Assembly (NCBI GenBank): GCA_026770705.1
Contig: JANJGN010000022.1
Coordinates: forward strand, 19,406,001 to 19,470,000
Direction of reading: 5' to 3'
Length of the DNA stretch: 64,000 nucleotides
Source: Isurus oxyrinchus
Lineage: Eukaryota
Part shown: positions 25,128 to 39,234 of the stretch, piece by piece
Layout of the letters: every line of letters starts with the position of its first letter
Numbering within the stretch: the first letter of the stretch is position 1
The notes under the pieces: model-generated
Seen by the model: the letters and a program-made list of their open reading frames with translations, nothing else
Told to the model about the DNA's origin: nothing
Database searches by the model: none
Made by a program: the position numbers and the translations under genes

Positions 25128-25905
25128 GCATTTGATCACACTAGTAAACTCTCAACTATCCAATCTTTCAACCACTTGCAGCTGGGGAAGAAATTCTGGA
25201 TATGCTGGAGGTACTCTGTGTCCCAATCCCAGCAGCTAAGTATGTTAATATTTTAATATGCTGATGGTTATGCTGATATGAATATGAATGATATGGCAGG
25301 AAAGAAGCACTTTGAGCCATAAGAATGCCTTTCCTTGCTCCCATATTAAATGCAAGATGAGGCAGCCACTTATTTCTCCCCTCCTGGTTAATGTTCTGCC
25401 TATCCTTCAAGTGTTGCCTATTGTTTTCCCATAGTCGCCAGTCTTCGATAGTACTTGGCTGCTATGCCTGGTTTGATTCCATTTCAATAAAAGCAACAAT
25501 AACTTTTTCCCATCATTATGCTGGATGCAGTGAGTTTTAAATATTGCTCTTAAGTACAGGCAGACTTACGGTTTCTGGCTAGGATGACACATGCCTTTGT
25601 TGTCTATCCACAATGCAACTTAACACGTTAAATTTTCTTCCTGTTTCCAGCCAAAATATCAACACTATCATGCAATTTTCGAGGAACATTTGCAATGTTA
25701 TTCCAATGTTGAATTTGCCATCATAACAGACCCAACTCTTCTCCTGCACAACCGAGCCTCAGGCTTAATCTGACTAGGAGAGGCTGCAGCATATCTCTTA
25801 AGAGCCCCTGTTTCAGCAGTTTACAGGGTAGCCAACTGTTTTTACTCCAGGGCTGTCAAGATCTATTACTGTTAATTTTTCCAATTGAAAATCTTCAGGC
25901 TCAGA

Positions 25906-26543
25906 GTTATGACCACAGCCGGTGTTAATTGCTGCACAAACCAAATCCCAGAGGGGGAACTTGGCTTACGGGCTGTAACCTTTTTTGTATTCTGAAACCA
26001 AGAAGAAGACATACTGACCTCAACAGTAAGAGATCCAGTAACACTTTTGGGATTTTATAAGTTAAAAATAAAAGTTTTATTAAAAAGAATAAAAGAAAAC
26101 TTAAGCACACAAGATTACAGTTACACAATTAAGGTTAGTCTTACAAAACATTCCCCCAAGAACTCTCTACTTGGTCAAACCAAAGTAAACACTTTCCAGG
26201 CAATGCTTTCTTATATATGTCTGCTATGAAATGCAGTAGTATTACACAAGGCAAACTGCTGTAGCTTCAGTAAAGGCATACCACTTGATCATTGCCCTCT
26301 TTCACTCTGCAGTGGAATCTACTTCAGCATGAAACTGCTTGCTACAACCCAAAACTTTTCTGGCATGACTGGATGGGTGATTCAAACTGCATCCTCTCCC
26401 AGCCCAGCACTCCAGCTATTTCCACCTATCTTGAGCTCAACAGCTATCCACAGTAACGCTAACATCCCCTTCATCTCCATTCCATTGTTCTCACACATCT
26501 CTTTGAAACGCAAACCCTTTCAAATATAAGATCTTTCATATCT
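25906..26543. mobile_element. Possible degenerate solo LTR
   Basis: Ends gttatga ... tcatatct resemble TGTTATGA...TCATAACA termini; no ORF. Confidence 0.35.
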
Positions 26544-27089
26544 ACCTCTTGTCTTTGCTTTTGGGTCAATAAAATATAATATCCACACGATATTATGGCA
26601 TAAGCCATAATTAGCAACTCTCAGTCTATGAGGGCGCTGCATGAAGGGAGATATAATGTAGTAAAATATCCCATAGTGTTTCACAGGAGCATTATTAAGC
26701 ATATTTTGATACTGAGCCATATAAGGAGTTATTAGGACAGGCCAAAGTGGTAGGATCTTGAAGAAGAGGAAGCTGGAAGTATTCTTCAGCTGGAAGCTGC
26801 TCAGGCCCTTTCATAGCGCAAATAAAATGGCTCTTCTTGGAGTCTTGCGATTTAGCTCACCTTTTTATATAGTGTTGATAAGGTAAAGATTATATGGAAA
26901 ATGTTCTTGGCATCCTTGCCCAAAGTAAAGTTGCCCCATGTTTCTGCAATTTCTCCAACACCTCCAGAACTTCATTAACTGAGTTATAGAGATGGAACTG
27001 CACTTGTTTTCATTAAAGCAAAGGTGATAAAGAGGGCATGATACAGATCGTGAAAATTATTTTAAAAGCTGACATAGTTTCTGCTTTAA

Positions 27090-27740
27090 TCACCAACTGT
27101 AGAAATGCGTTCCACAGTCTTATAACCCTCTGTGTAAAAATGTTTCTCTTGCTCTCTATCCTAACAGCTTGTATCTAATTTTGTGTCTATGTTCCCTTGT
27201 TTAAGCCGCTCAATCTCTAAGTCTGTTTCTCTATCTAATGTGTTCCATCCCTTCATAATTTTCACTTCAATAATTTTAAGCACCTTTATCAAATCACTCT
27301 GTAATCTCACTTGTTTTGGGGGAAAAACAGCCCTCGTAATTCAAATACTTTTATATATTTGCATTATTTATACTAGACACAATCTGAGTGAATCCATACT
27401 GCTTTTTCAATTCTCTCAACATCTTTCCTTAAGTGAAGAGCCCAAAGCTGAACTCACTACTCCATCTGTTGTTTTAAAGTTTTATATAAATTAATCATTA
27501 TACCTCAACTTTCATATTCTATCCCGCTTGCTATAAAATTTAGTAATCTTGTTGGCTTTTTAAAAATTTCCTCATTCACCTTGAGGTGCTATGTGTAAGA
27601 TCTTGTAAACCTGAGCCCCTAAATCCCTCTGCTCTTGCACATCACCCAACCTTCCTATTCAAAGCATAATTGTTGTTTTGATCAAAATGTACCACCTCAC
27701 ATTTTACTGACATTGAATTTCATCTGCTACTTTTATGGGC
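27090..27740 (-). mobile_element. Old CR1 LINE 3' fragment; a similar piece lies at ~21690-22200
   Basis: Reverse CR1 motifs ttccacagtcttataaccctctgtgtaaaa and aaaatgtaccacctcacatttt. Confidence 0.5.
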
Positions 27741-28904
27741 ATTTTATCGTTCTACTCATGGGTTGGATAGAGTCCATGACAGTGCAAATGTGACAGGCTC
27801 AATGGGTTGTTTCCTCCCATACTTCCTGATGAAACTTGTCAATTCAAATTTTTTTAATGAAGTTATTTTGTTTTTTGCTGCTGAAACCATCTTTCAACAA
27901 ATACTCCTTCACATGAGTTGTGATTGTTAGTTGAAGAGGCAAAGTTCAGTGAAAGAGCAATAAGGCCTAGTAATTGCAACAGAATTTTCTTACTGCACTT
28001 CTGGAAAATAGCAGAATGCCACACCCTAATACACTACTAGAAAACAGCCAAGACTGTGAATAGTATTCAGCCTGGTAACAATGTTGTTTATAAAAGACGT
28101 TATAAAACATTTGTACAAATGGTTCATCATTATAAAACAAATTATACAACTTTACAAATGACACTGAATGAAATGCAGATAAAGATCAATGTCTTGCAAT
28201 GGTGAAATAAAGTTCACCTAACTGATATATACCAATAGGACCAGTAGTAAATTTCACTTGTGTTCTGGTTCGTTTGAGTTGTTGTTATTAGTCAAACCTG
28301 TTCTTCAGAATCGTTATTATTTCTCTTTACTGATTTTGAAGTAAATAATACACTGCAAATTTTAAGAATAACTATGCATTCCCTGCCTATCCTTTCTATG
28401 TTTTTTATTTGAAGCGTTGGGCTTACATCCCTTGCACAGAAGTGGAGATGTGCAATATACTTGATATCAGCATATGTGAATTTAAAAGCTAGCCCAACCA
28501 GAAATGACTGGTTTGTGTTTCAAGACAATTTCTTATTGATTATTTAAGTTTTATTCATGAGTAGACAGCTATAAGATATGCTGCATGAAAGCAAGGATGT
28601 CTATTCCACTGAGGAAGAGGAAGACGATTCTACTAGCTGTGTTTGTTGCAGATGTATACAAAGCCTAGAACCATTCCCACTTCCATGTTTAATAGAATCA
28701 AGTGACCTTCAAAGGGAGATGTTTGGAGGATTGTGATGGGTGCATGGGAAGAAGTACAACGAAATGCTGGTAGTAATTAAGCTACTGACAAATCAATGCA
28801 TTGGCTATCAGTATTGCAAATCTGATATTTGTAATGGTGAATGATTATTATATACCTTAGATTTCTATCTGTTAGTGAAGTTATAATGAATGTGTGTCTT
28901 GCAG

Positions 28905-29051
28905 ACTGACTACTTCCACCTGTTTGTTTGTCTGGCCATTGTTGTGATTTATGGGGATGACGTGATTGAACAACAGTTAGCAACAGACCAGATGCTACTT
29001 CATTTCAGCAACCTGGCCATGCATATGAGTGGGGAGATTGTGCTAAGGAAG
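28905..29051 (+). CDS. TBC1D16: TBC1D16 coding exon (human exon 11 equivalent), 147 nt
   Basis: cttgcag|ACT GAC...AGG AAG|gtaggt; TDYFHLFVCLAIVVIYGDDVIEQQLATDQMLLHFSNLAMHMSGEIVLRK. Confidence 0.97.
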
Positions 29052-30559
29052 GTAGGTACCCATAGAAATATTTCTGTTTATAAATTATGATTGAATGCAA
29101 CGTTTTCAAATGCAATAGATTATGTGTAGCACACTGTTTAGAAATGTGAAAATCCCTCTCAATATAATGAAAGGTAGTGAAAATTTGAAGGGCGTAGTAA
29201 GAGATTGTTCAGAAGTCTTGATAGAGCTGTACTATTAATGCAATGATGAATTGTTTGTTTTGTTTCCTTTACAACATAAGTTCCTTGCAGCCACCCAATT
29301 TTGCACAAGGAAAACAAACAAAATGAACAATACCTTATTGGTAATGCCTTGTTCACTGATGTGTAGCCAGAATTCACAGAAACCATTTTGGTGACAGAAT
29401 TATTTGCTGCCTTAATTGTAAATATATTTTTCAGGCATTGCAGCAATACGAGCATAGTGGTACTTTGACATAATGCCAGTGTCCTTGTTCTGTTTTTGTG
29501 TTAAAGTGGGGAAGGATCCCTTGCTTCGTTTTTTAAAAATGGCTGCAAGCTGTTTTTTTTCTGTTTGTAAGATATTATACACAAGGCAGGGTACATGACT
29601 TTAGAATTCTGTTCTATGAAGTGGGGAAAGTAACAGTTATTAAATTGCAATAATCACATTTTAGTAAATGTAAGTGTTGTGAGCCATCTGTGCAGATGTT
29701 TGATCTCATTTCATATAGCTATGATATTCGCAATGCATAGAAAGTGAAATTAAGTGTGTTCAACAAATACATTCTTATTAAAAATGTTGTGAGTTGTATC
29801 ATCTGTTTCTTTTATAAGTCTATGAAATGAGCAGGTTAAAATTACATAAATTGTGAGTTTTACTTTATTTTAAAGTATGTATTAAAACCCAATATTTAAT
29901 GACATTTAGTTTGATTGTAAAGTAAAAGAATTTATCCCATTTTTCCTGATTTGTAATATATTTACCCAGATTCACAAGGAATATTTGTATCATGCTGCCC
30001 TAATTTCCAGATTTTTTTTTTACTTGGGTATGGTTCTTAATGTTTATCCAAAGTATAAAATAAGACTTTTAAAAGTGCACCGAAAGCACTTGACCGTGAC
30101 CATCTTTTCTCAACATTGGAGTCAATGAAACATTTGGACTTAAATAATATGAAATTTGTGTATTGATGCACGCGATAGTTTTGACGTCACAAATGGGAAT
30201 ATGAGTCATCAAGCATTATTTTGGTCAGTAAGTGGTGGGCTGGGAGAGGAAAATCTAAAATGAGAAAAATATACATTTTAAAAAGTTGGCAAGTAAAGTA
30301 ATTGCTTGGCTTGACTATGTTGGTCCTCTTCATATATCTCATGCAGTCATTTAGGACCAGATTGATGCTTCATGTTCCTCATGAATAGAATTTCCAGTAG
30401 CAACTGTATTATGGAAGATGTGGTGAGTAAAGACCAAGAAACAATCTAAAGGAAGGAGAAGTGAATGTAAGCGTGCATTGATCAAATCCAAACATTGGCA
30501 ACTCCTAGGCTTCAGCAGAGTCTATGGCAATGCCAGCTACATGCTGTCTGTGCTGGAGA

Positions 30560-30862
30560 ATAATACAATAGGAATAGGAGTAGGTCATTCAGCCCCTGAA
30601 CCTGTTCAGCCATTCAGAACATGATTGACTTAATTGTATCTACCTGCCTTTGATCCAAATCCCTTGATGCCCCTACCTAACAAAAATCTGTCGACTTCAG
30701 TCTTTGAAAAGTTCAATTGACCCAGCTTCCACAGCCTTTTGGGAAAAGAGTTCCAGATTAGCACTACTCTCTGCCTGAAAAAGCACTTTCTGATTTTACT
30801 CCTAAATGTCCAAGCTCTAACTTTCAGATCATTCTCTTTTTTTCTGGATTTTCCGGAAGTCA
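30560..30862 (-). mobile_element. CR1 LINE 3' end fragment
   Basis: Minus ORF RKCFFRQRVVLIWNSFP...FSKTEVDRFLLGRGIKG (CR1 ORF2 C-terminus) followed by the tail. Confidence 0.8.
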
Positions 30863-31770
30863 TTTAGAAGTTATTTCTCTATACTAAGCTTTAAAAAAAT
30901 ACTTAAAGAATAACTTTTGTATGACTGATGCTATTTCTTCCAGTTTTAACATGAGCCTTTTGTGTTTAGGCCTCAACCTGGTTTGAAAGGAAAGATTGTA
31001 GCTTAAGGCCTTTTTCACAGTAGTTTATTTCCATTTATCTTAAGGACCAAAACATTCTTACAGTACTCTTTTAAAAGATATCTTGAGTTATATGGGGAAT
31101 TACCTATAACGGTCACTCAGTTAAAAGAAAGTATTTATAATTACATTAATTACAGGTAACGACCTAGATTGACAAAGTGACAACACCCTGTTCTTGCGAT
31201 TTAATTAGAGCCTTGTATCTATATGTTTGTTTAGGAATGGGTCTTAGCAACCTGGTTTTCCACTTTTGCTTGCCGGTTCTTGATTTGTTTTGCATTTATT
31301 TCGATGGATGGAAAATTGCAGACTGCCAAGTGCAGTAGCAGAAAACCTCAAGTCAATGTTTTTACAATTGCTGTATCTGCAAATTGTCTGCAATATTTGT
31401 GTGGAAGTGTTGAAGTGGATGTGGTTATTGAGGTGAGACACCTTGTTTTTAAATTATCAAAATGTGCACAGGCTGTACAGTACAAAATTCAGCTTTTCCT
31501 TGAAAATAATTGTGGTTTAATCTTGACTTTTTTTTGTCAATATTGTTTAGCTATAGATGAATTAAGATTAGCTTTAGTGCTGATTAGCCGGACTGAATTA
31601 TACTGCCATCTGATTTCATTAGTCATCAGTGTTGTCAAGAGGAGACTAACAGCACCACTTGCATTATTCTGCACTAAAAAAAACATTGACAAATATGTGT
31701 AGAATTATATAATTGCTACCGTCATAGTTGTGTTTTCTGGTGTAGAAATTTTTAGCAAATATAGATGATA

Positions 31771-31861
31771 GCGAGGATTTTGCGGCAGGACCAGAAATTC
31801 CCACCCGAAGTCAATGGACCTTTGGCAATTCCCCCAGAGGCGGGACCAGAAAATCCCAGCC
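31771..31861. mobile_element. About 90-bp Harbinger-type mini-MITE
   Basis: gcgaggatttt ... aaaatcccagcc inverted termini. Confidence 0.5.
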
Positions 31862-32075
31862 GAAGTGTGTGATTGTATATAGGTATGATATTAGAATGAA
31901 TTTTACTATATATTTTTGCTCCTTCACAATACTACGTTGAGCAATTCATCTAAGCCAAAGCATTCCTTGTTTCACAAGCAAATTTAACATTTTTGTGTAA
32001 GCAACAATAAAAACAAAATTAAAAATCATGCATTATGACAAAACGTGAATTACTTTTAAGACTTATAAATGCATG

Positions 32076-32773
32076 GGGAAATATTTTACAGTCCCCTGCT
32101 GGTGGGGTTGCTGGTGGGGAGGCCTGTAAATAGCCCGAATGACCTTCCTGTTGACCTGTTCACAGTTTTCATGGTGGAGGCAAGGCCTAGGCCCCAATTG
32201 AGGCCCATACACAGCCAATTTTGATGCTGGTGGGTGCAGTTCAGGGGTAGAGGGAAGCCAGGCCGTTCAACCTTCATAGGCTTCAGCTGGAAAGGGGGGG
32301 GTGCCTCCCTCAAGGACCCCCTTTCCGCATTTGGGTACTTCCACCCCCCCCCCACCCCAACCATGGAGATGCTTCCTTCACCAGCACCACCCAGCCCTCC
32401 TCCGCCCCCCCCCCCCACCACCTCCCGCCTCCATGCATCTCTATTAAGCCCTGCACCCCCCTCTGCACACATTCCCAGGCTTCACCCTTCCCTGTCATGA
32501 GACCCCCCCAACCTTGCATTTAGCTGGTCCTGCATTCTGGGACAGAATTTGGGGACTGCTCGTAGTCCCAGTCTTGGCCACTGCTGCTACTGGCACTGCT
32601 GGGTGTACAGAGCTGCCAGCCAAACTGATCAGTTGGCAGCTCTCTGAGGCAGGATGGGTGGACATCCTGTTTCCAGCCAGTTGCTGTGGGCCTTCAGTGA
32701 TCAGTGGGAATGCATTTCCTGTTGGCTGTTTGGGTGGCAGAGTGGGAAACCCTACCACCTGAAAAACCTTGTT
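32076..32773. mobile_element. PIF/Harbinger-type MITE with a 3-bp TSD (ATG)
   Basis: atg|gggaaatatttt ... aaaaaccttgttc|atg; C-rich body; resembles 13724-14393. Confidence 0.6.
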
Positions 32774-33999
32774 CATGGTTTCTTTAGTTCTGTCACAATA
32801 ATTAAGAGATTAAAACAGTTTTATTCGTTTCGCCTGAGCTAGATGTTCAAAGGGGGGCCAGTGCTGTTGAATTCAGCTGCAAACATTTTGTGGTTTTTGT
32901 TCAGCTATGTGTTTGGCAGCGTTTCATTTTAATTACCTGTTTTTTAAACCTGTTTGGCCCCAGTTTTTCTGGACAGTACAGTATTTCTTAATTTGACTGG
33001 TTGTACTTGGAAAGTCTTTCTAAAGCATTTGGAAAGGGATAGGACAGATAACTTAGAAAGGAAAAGAACTGCCATGTAAGAATGCATGATTTAGCATTGT
33101 AGTCACAATTATCTGTTTTTTTTTTTCCTCCTTGCCCTAAGAAATAGTTAGGGTTTTGCAGTTAAACTTGTGTTGCATCATTGCTACTGTTGATTTATTC
33201 TTTTACTGTTTAATAATTTTTGGCTGTTAAAGCCTAAGTCAAAGTCTAGTTATACAGTAAAGTGCTGCCTTTTGCAACTTCCTTGTTCGCGTTTGCACTT
33301 ACCTGCACTTTTTATTTGGTACATTGCATCATCCATCTTGTGAGCCATGTTCACTAATTTGGGTTTGAAATGTCCAAATCTCTGCACTGATTCTTTGACA
33401 AGCACACTCTTTGAGCACAGCTCAAACGTGGGATTGGTTAATTTACCCTAAGATATCAGTTTCATCATTAATTAACTTTGCAGAAGATCTTTGAAAGCTG
33501 AGTTTAACACTATTAGACGTGATCTCCAGAGTATTGAAACGTCAGTAAGGAACTCTGATGGATTGGAATGCTATGTTGAAATGGAGGATATAACAAATAA
33601 TTGTTGGGGCCAGTTACTCACAGACTTACTGACATCTTTGTGAATTTATTCAATTGGTCTTAGAAATCAACTTTCCTGCTCCAGACCATTATCCAGTAAC
33701 CCTGGTAGAAGTGCATGCTCGTAGATATAGTGAGAACAATTTGCTGCAGAGTAACTGCCCAAACCAGTGCTCCCCTCGCATGGCTGGAACTTATCTAATT
33801 GAGTCCCATTCAAAAGCATGTTCCTGGTTCGCGATTTCGCTGTTTGCAAGGTTTCGCAGAAATGTAACCCCCGTGAACAGCATGACTTTACTGTACCAGC
33901 AGAAACTGTTGGAAATACTCAGCAAAGTCAGGAAGCATTTGTGAAAAGAGAAATGGTTAATGTTTCAGGTCAGTGACCTTCCATCCCAGCCCAGTATAT

Positions 34000-34359
34000 T
34001 TTTAGTCCGCTGCCTCCCAAAGTTGAAGAAGAAAATTCGCCAAGGCTCCTTAGCACCTTCCAAACCCACGGCCACTACCATCTAGAAGGATAAGGGCAGC
34101 AGATACATGGGAACACCACCACCTGGAAGTTCCCCTCCAAGTCACTCACCATCCTAACTTGGAAATATATCGCCATTCCTTCACTATCGCTGGTCCAAAA
34201 TCCTGGAACTCCCTAACAGCACTGTGGGCGTACCTACACCAAATGGATTGCAGCGGTTCAAGAAGGCAGCTCACTGCCACCTTCTCAAGGGCAACTAGGG
34301 ATGGGCAATAAATGCTGGCCCAGCCAATGAAGCCCACATCCAGTGAATGAATAAAAAAA
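34000..34359 (+). mobile_element. 3' end of a CR1-group LINE (same family as 55530-59321), preceded by a degenerate minus-strand Penelope-like tail at ~33897-33990
   Basis: ...gggatgggcaataaatgctggcccagcc...cccacatccagtgaatgaataaaaaaa. Confidence 0.8.
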
Positions 34360-34689
34360 CTGTGAATGCAAGCGATAAAAATAGTCATGAAATTACAATG
34401 AAGGTGTTTCTCTGTACGATTCTTGGGAATGGTACAAATAATTGGATATCTGTGCAAAATAAAGCACTCTCTAGTATAGAAGACAATGAAGGCTTACTTG
34501 CAGATGGATCTGAGATGTTGAATCCCAAAAATGTAATGAGGGTGAGAGATTTATTTTTTAAATATACTTAGTGGATTATTTTTTATGCTTATCACCAAAA
34601 GGAATATCAGTCCTTGGAGAACTCAACACTTTTTTGTCCAGGCATCAACATCATGCACTTTCAGGTCAACAACTTGCACATTTATTTAT

Positions 34690-37480
34690 TAGGAGGAGTA
34701 TTAAAAGCTTGGTCAAGAGTTAAGTTCAAAGGAGGGTTGGTGAGGTGATGAGGCAGAGATTTAGGAAGGAAATTCCAGAGTTTAGGCCTAATCGCCTGAT
34801 AGCACAGTGCCAGTGTGGGAAAAGGGTGCAAAAGAGGCCTGAGTTGGAGAAGCATAGCGATCTGGCGGGGGGTGAAGGAGCTGGTATGGCACTGGTGGAG
34901 ATTATAGACATAGGAAGCGACAAAGCCATGGAAAGTTTTGAAATGAGGTTGAAAGTTTTAATTTTGAGGCATTGGTGAACCAGGAGCCAATGTAAGTCAG
35001 TGAACACCGGTTTTAAGTGAGCAAAGACTATTTGGGTTAGGATATATGAGCAGAAGAGTTTTGGAATAGCTAAATTTTGTGAAGGGTGAAAGAAAGATGG
35101 TTGGTTGGACAATGAACTTTTAAAATAGTAGAGTCTGAAAATAACAAAAGCACAGATGAAGACTGATGGGATGAGGTAGGGGGGAAGAAGATTGATGTTT
35201 CAGAAATCGAATAGAAGTAAGTGGTCTTTCTAAGGGAGTGGATATGAGCTCGGCAAGGTTGCAACCATATCAGCATGAGACCAAAGAGGGGAATGCAATT
35301 AATGAGGAGGGAATGGAGTTTGTGGCAGGAGCCTAAAACAATGTTCCTAGTTTTTAAAAGGAGAAAATTGTGACTCCTCCATGATTGGATGTCGAACAAG
35401 CAGGTTGAGGAGGCAGAAGCAGTGGAGGGGCTAAGAGCAGTGGTAATAAGACGGTTTAAGCATTAGGGTATGTGTGGAACCTGATGTCACTGAGGGGCAG
35501 CATGTAGAGAGAGATACACTGGTTGGATAAGTAGGCAAAAACATGGCAGATGGAATACAATCTAGCAAGTGTGATGTTTTCCATTTTTGCTAGGAAAAAT
35601 GAAAAAGCAGAATATTTTTGAATGTTGAGGGACTGAGAAATGTGTGCATTCAGAGTCCTGGGTGTCCGTATACATGAATCATGGAAAGTTAACATGTCAG
35701 TACAGTAGGCAATTAGGAAGGCAAATGGTATTTTAGGGGCCAGTGAATCAGAATAAGGGATTGACTATTTGGGACTGAGATAAGGAGAAATTTCTTAACT
35801 CAAAGGGTTGTCAATCTTTGAAATTCTTTAACCCCAAAGAGGTATGGATGCTCAGTCGTCGAGCACGTTCAAAACAGAAGTCAATAGAATTTTTGGGTTA
35901 TAAGGGAATTAAGAAATGTGATGGTGCAGGAAGCTGAAATTGAGGCACAAGATCAGCCATGATCTTATTGAAAGGCAGAGCAGTTTGAAGGTCCAAGTGG
36001 CCTACACCTGCTCTTATGTCTGAAATAGGATGGGCCAGGGATAGATCTCTGAGTCCAGAGGTAGTGGTTCAGTGGTGGAAAGGGTAGCCATTGCAGGAGA
36101 TTGTGACTGTGACAGAATAGTCAGGAGTTGAACCAGACAAGGGCAGTCCGGTTCATCTGAATAACGGAGGTAAAAACACGATGTCTGCAGAGAGGTTAGG
36201 AATGATAATCAGCTGCCAATAGAGGAAAGAAGCTGGGGGTTATCATAATTTTCCGAGTTGAATGGAAAAAACTTGCACATCTACAGGGAAAATTTGCATG
36301 CCTCAGGAGAGGAGCTAGCTGAGTTGTTCTTGCAGGAAGCTGGTACAAACATGATGGATCTAAATGACCTCCTTCTTTACTGTAACCATTTTATGATCCT
36401 GTATTGTGGGCAGATGAGATCAGAGCCTGATAATATTTGATGCGATCCAGCCAGATCTGCTGATGAATGGCTCAACCAGTTGTGTGCTCAATACATTCAA
36501 ATTTGAATCCCTGTGACTGTAGAGAAAAAAACTGGGGGCCACAGTAGGAGGAAAGATCAAGGAGGGACAGAGTAGTGGCCTTACTGTGGAGAAGGGCATC
36601 AGATATGAAGACGAGGAGGTGATTGAGCAGATCAACAACTGCAGAAGTATTGTGGGGAATGGCTGGCCAAAGGCTAGCTCGTTGGGAATTTAAAAGTACC
36701 ATTATAAGCAATGGGGCAATGATGGGGTGAGTGGGGGGCAGTTTTCCTAGGGACCAATGAAAGGCATTTGGGAGGCATGGGTGCTGACTGATGTTATTCC
36801 GATCCCAAGCCAGTTGGTGAAGTAGGAAACTAGACACTAATACTTCACTTGATCATGGGTTTATTCACTGAATGCAGCATTACATGTCTGTTGCTTACCT
36901 ACCAATCCAGTGTCCCAACAGTCTCTCTTTATACTCTTTTGAGAAAATCAAACTAACAAATAAAATAAAATTAAAGTGCTAGCCCCTTAAAGGGGCAATG
37001 TAACAAATGACAGAAATCTTAAAGAAAACATCAAATCAAAACAGAATGTCATTTTGGGGGCCAATGATGCACTCAAGCCCCTGCAGTGCAGTCTCTCTTT
37101 TTCAGTGCTCTAAGTACTTAATTAAACAATGCCCTTCACCTATGTATCTTAGCAATATAACTAATATACCATTAACAAGGGATGCAAGGAAGTATTGAAA
37201 GGCGGCCTTCTTTGTGATTGAGACAAAGGGAACAGAAAGGCCACACAAGATGGTAAAATTGAGGGGATGGGCATGGGTGGGAGAGTTTTCATTATGTGCA
37301 GTTAACTTTTTTAAAAAAGGACAAAATGAGTTGAGATAAAGGTTGAAATCCACTAGGATGAGGAGTTGTTCAATGTAAAGGCTGAGGGAGAAAGAAATGA
37401 CTGTTTTAGGGAGAAGCTCACTATGGGGTCTGTAAGAATCCAGCAAAAGGTGACAAACGTGAAAGTTTCCCCACACTGTC
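34690..37480 (-). mobile_element. Fragmented L2 LINE interrupted by plus-strand CR1 3' pieces (~35520-36020 and ~36260-36400)
   Basis: HLKPVFTDLHWLLVHQCLKIKTFNLI (L2 ORF2 C-terminus) and LLILVDFNL (endonuclease GDFN) on the minus strand. Confidence 0.65.
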
Positions 37481-39234
37481 AACTGTGTTTCTATGTAAAT
37501 GAGCTTTAATTATGTACCCAGCCCCTATATTAATCAATCTTCTAGGCCCATTTTGTGCATGTATCTTAACTGCCAACTTAAATCAGACCATTTTACAAGT
37601 TTCTGCCTCCTGTTATTACATCTCTTAATCAAAACATCAGATATAACAAGGCCTGTGGTGATGGGGAAGTGACAACAGGAACAGGTTGAGGATGATACTG
37701 GCAGTCTTCAGTCATAACCCTGCACACAGGCAGCCTCAGGGTGATGGAAGGACTGCACAGATCAGGGCAGATGTGGAGTTTGTATTCTCCTGAGACAACA
37801 GAGCAGACCTGTTCAGGTTCCGTGCTGATCTCCCCAATCCGGGAAAGGAAAGGAACCCTAAAAACAACCTGCTCTCCCTGCACCTGCCAGGTTACTGCTC
37901 CTGGCTAGTCACCTGTTCACTGTGGTCGAAATGTAAAGACATTATATGAAGCTTGGTTTATTGAATGTCTGAACACTTATAGACAACAATATGAGACTAG
38001 AGCACAGAACAGTCCTCATGCTGGGCAGGTACGACATTGACATAGCCACCCGAAGTGAAACGAGGCTTACTGAGGATTTTTGACGAGGTTGGTGCGGGCT
38101 ACTCATTCTACTGGATTGGCAAGTCCAGGGATCAATCTCAACAGTCAGGCGTAGGCTTTGCTATATGATCTGAACTGGCACGCAAACTTGACTCACTTCC
38201 TACAGGGATCAGTGATTAACTCATGGTTCTTCATCTGCGCCTTGCCAATAACCAGCTTACAACACTCATTTGTGTCTATGCTCCGACGATGACACATACA
38301 AATGAGGTCAGAGAAGCATTCTATGATGACATCAGCAAGATAATTAAAGGAGTACCCCATCAGAACAAATTCATTATTCTTCGTGATGTCATTGTCTGAA
38401 TGGGCATAGGCTGTAATACATGGAGGGGAGTTCTGGGACACCATGGTATTGGAAGAGCAAACTCCAATGGCCAGCTCCTTCTCTCCAAGTGCAAGGATTT
38501 TGACCTGACCATCCCTAGCACAGTCTTCCAGCAAGTACACAAACTAAAAACAACATGGATGCAACTCATAGATGGCACATGGTGGGCTATGTAATTATGC
38601 CACCTCAACTACATGCACTCCACCCATTGCCTTGGAGGTGAAGAATGCTGGTCTGACTATTTATCTTGGCTTGTTAGGAGTATTGTATCTTTGAAGAAAG
38701 ATTCTAAGGCATTTCGGCAGAGTGTCAAGCCACAAGGGAAGCTTGATGTAACTGTCCTTGAAGCTATAGTCGAGAAAAGAACTGGAACACAAACTAGCCA
38801 CAGGAATTGCTAATATCCTGGAGGATAATATTGCTATTGAAGATATTGGAAGAAGTTAAAGGATGTTACTTACAGAATAGCAGCTGAGGTCCTAGGATTC
38901 GTTAAACAGAAACACCAAGACTGGTTTGACAGCAATGACCAAGACACAGGCAAGCTTCTAAATGAACACTCACAGATCTTACATACCTGACAAAAAAATC
39001 ACCAGCAAGGAACACCAGATACCATCACACAAAACACATGCTGCAGGCGAAGCTAAGAGAAATCAAGAACTGATGGTGGGAAAACAAGGCTGATGAGCTA
39101 CTAATAAAAAAAATGACCTAAAGGTTCCACACACAACTCTGCAATCAGTCTGTGGCCCCAAAACCAACAGTGTGACACCCATCCTCCCAGCAGATGACAA
39201 TCAGCTCCTAACAAATAGACATGAGATGGTCTCT

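Noticed and set aside
31280-31702. 140-aa intronic ORF
   Set aside because: Non-ATG start, AT-rich, no recognisable homology or exon structure
32086-32776. Gly- and Pro-rich ORFs on both strands
   Set aside because: By-product of C/G tracts in a MITE
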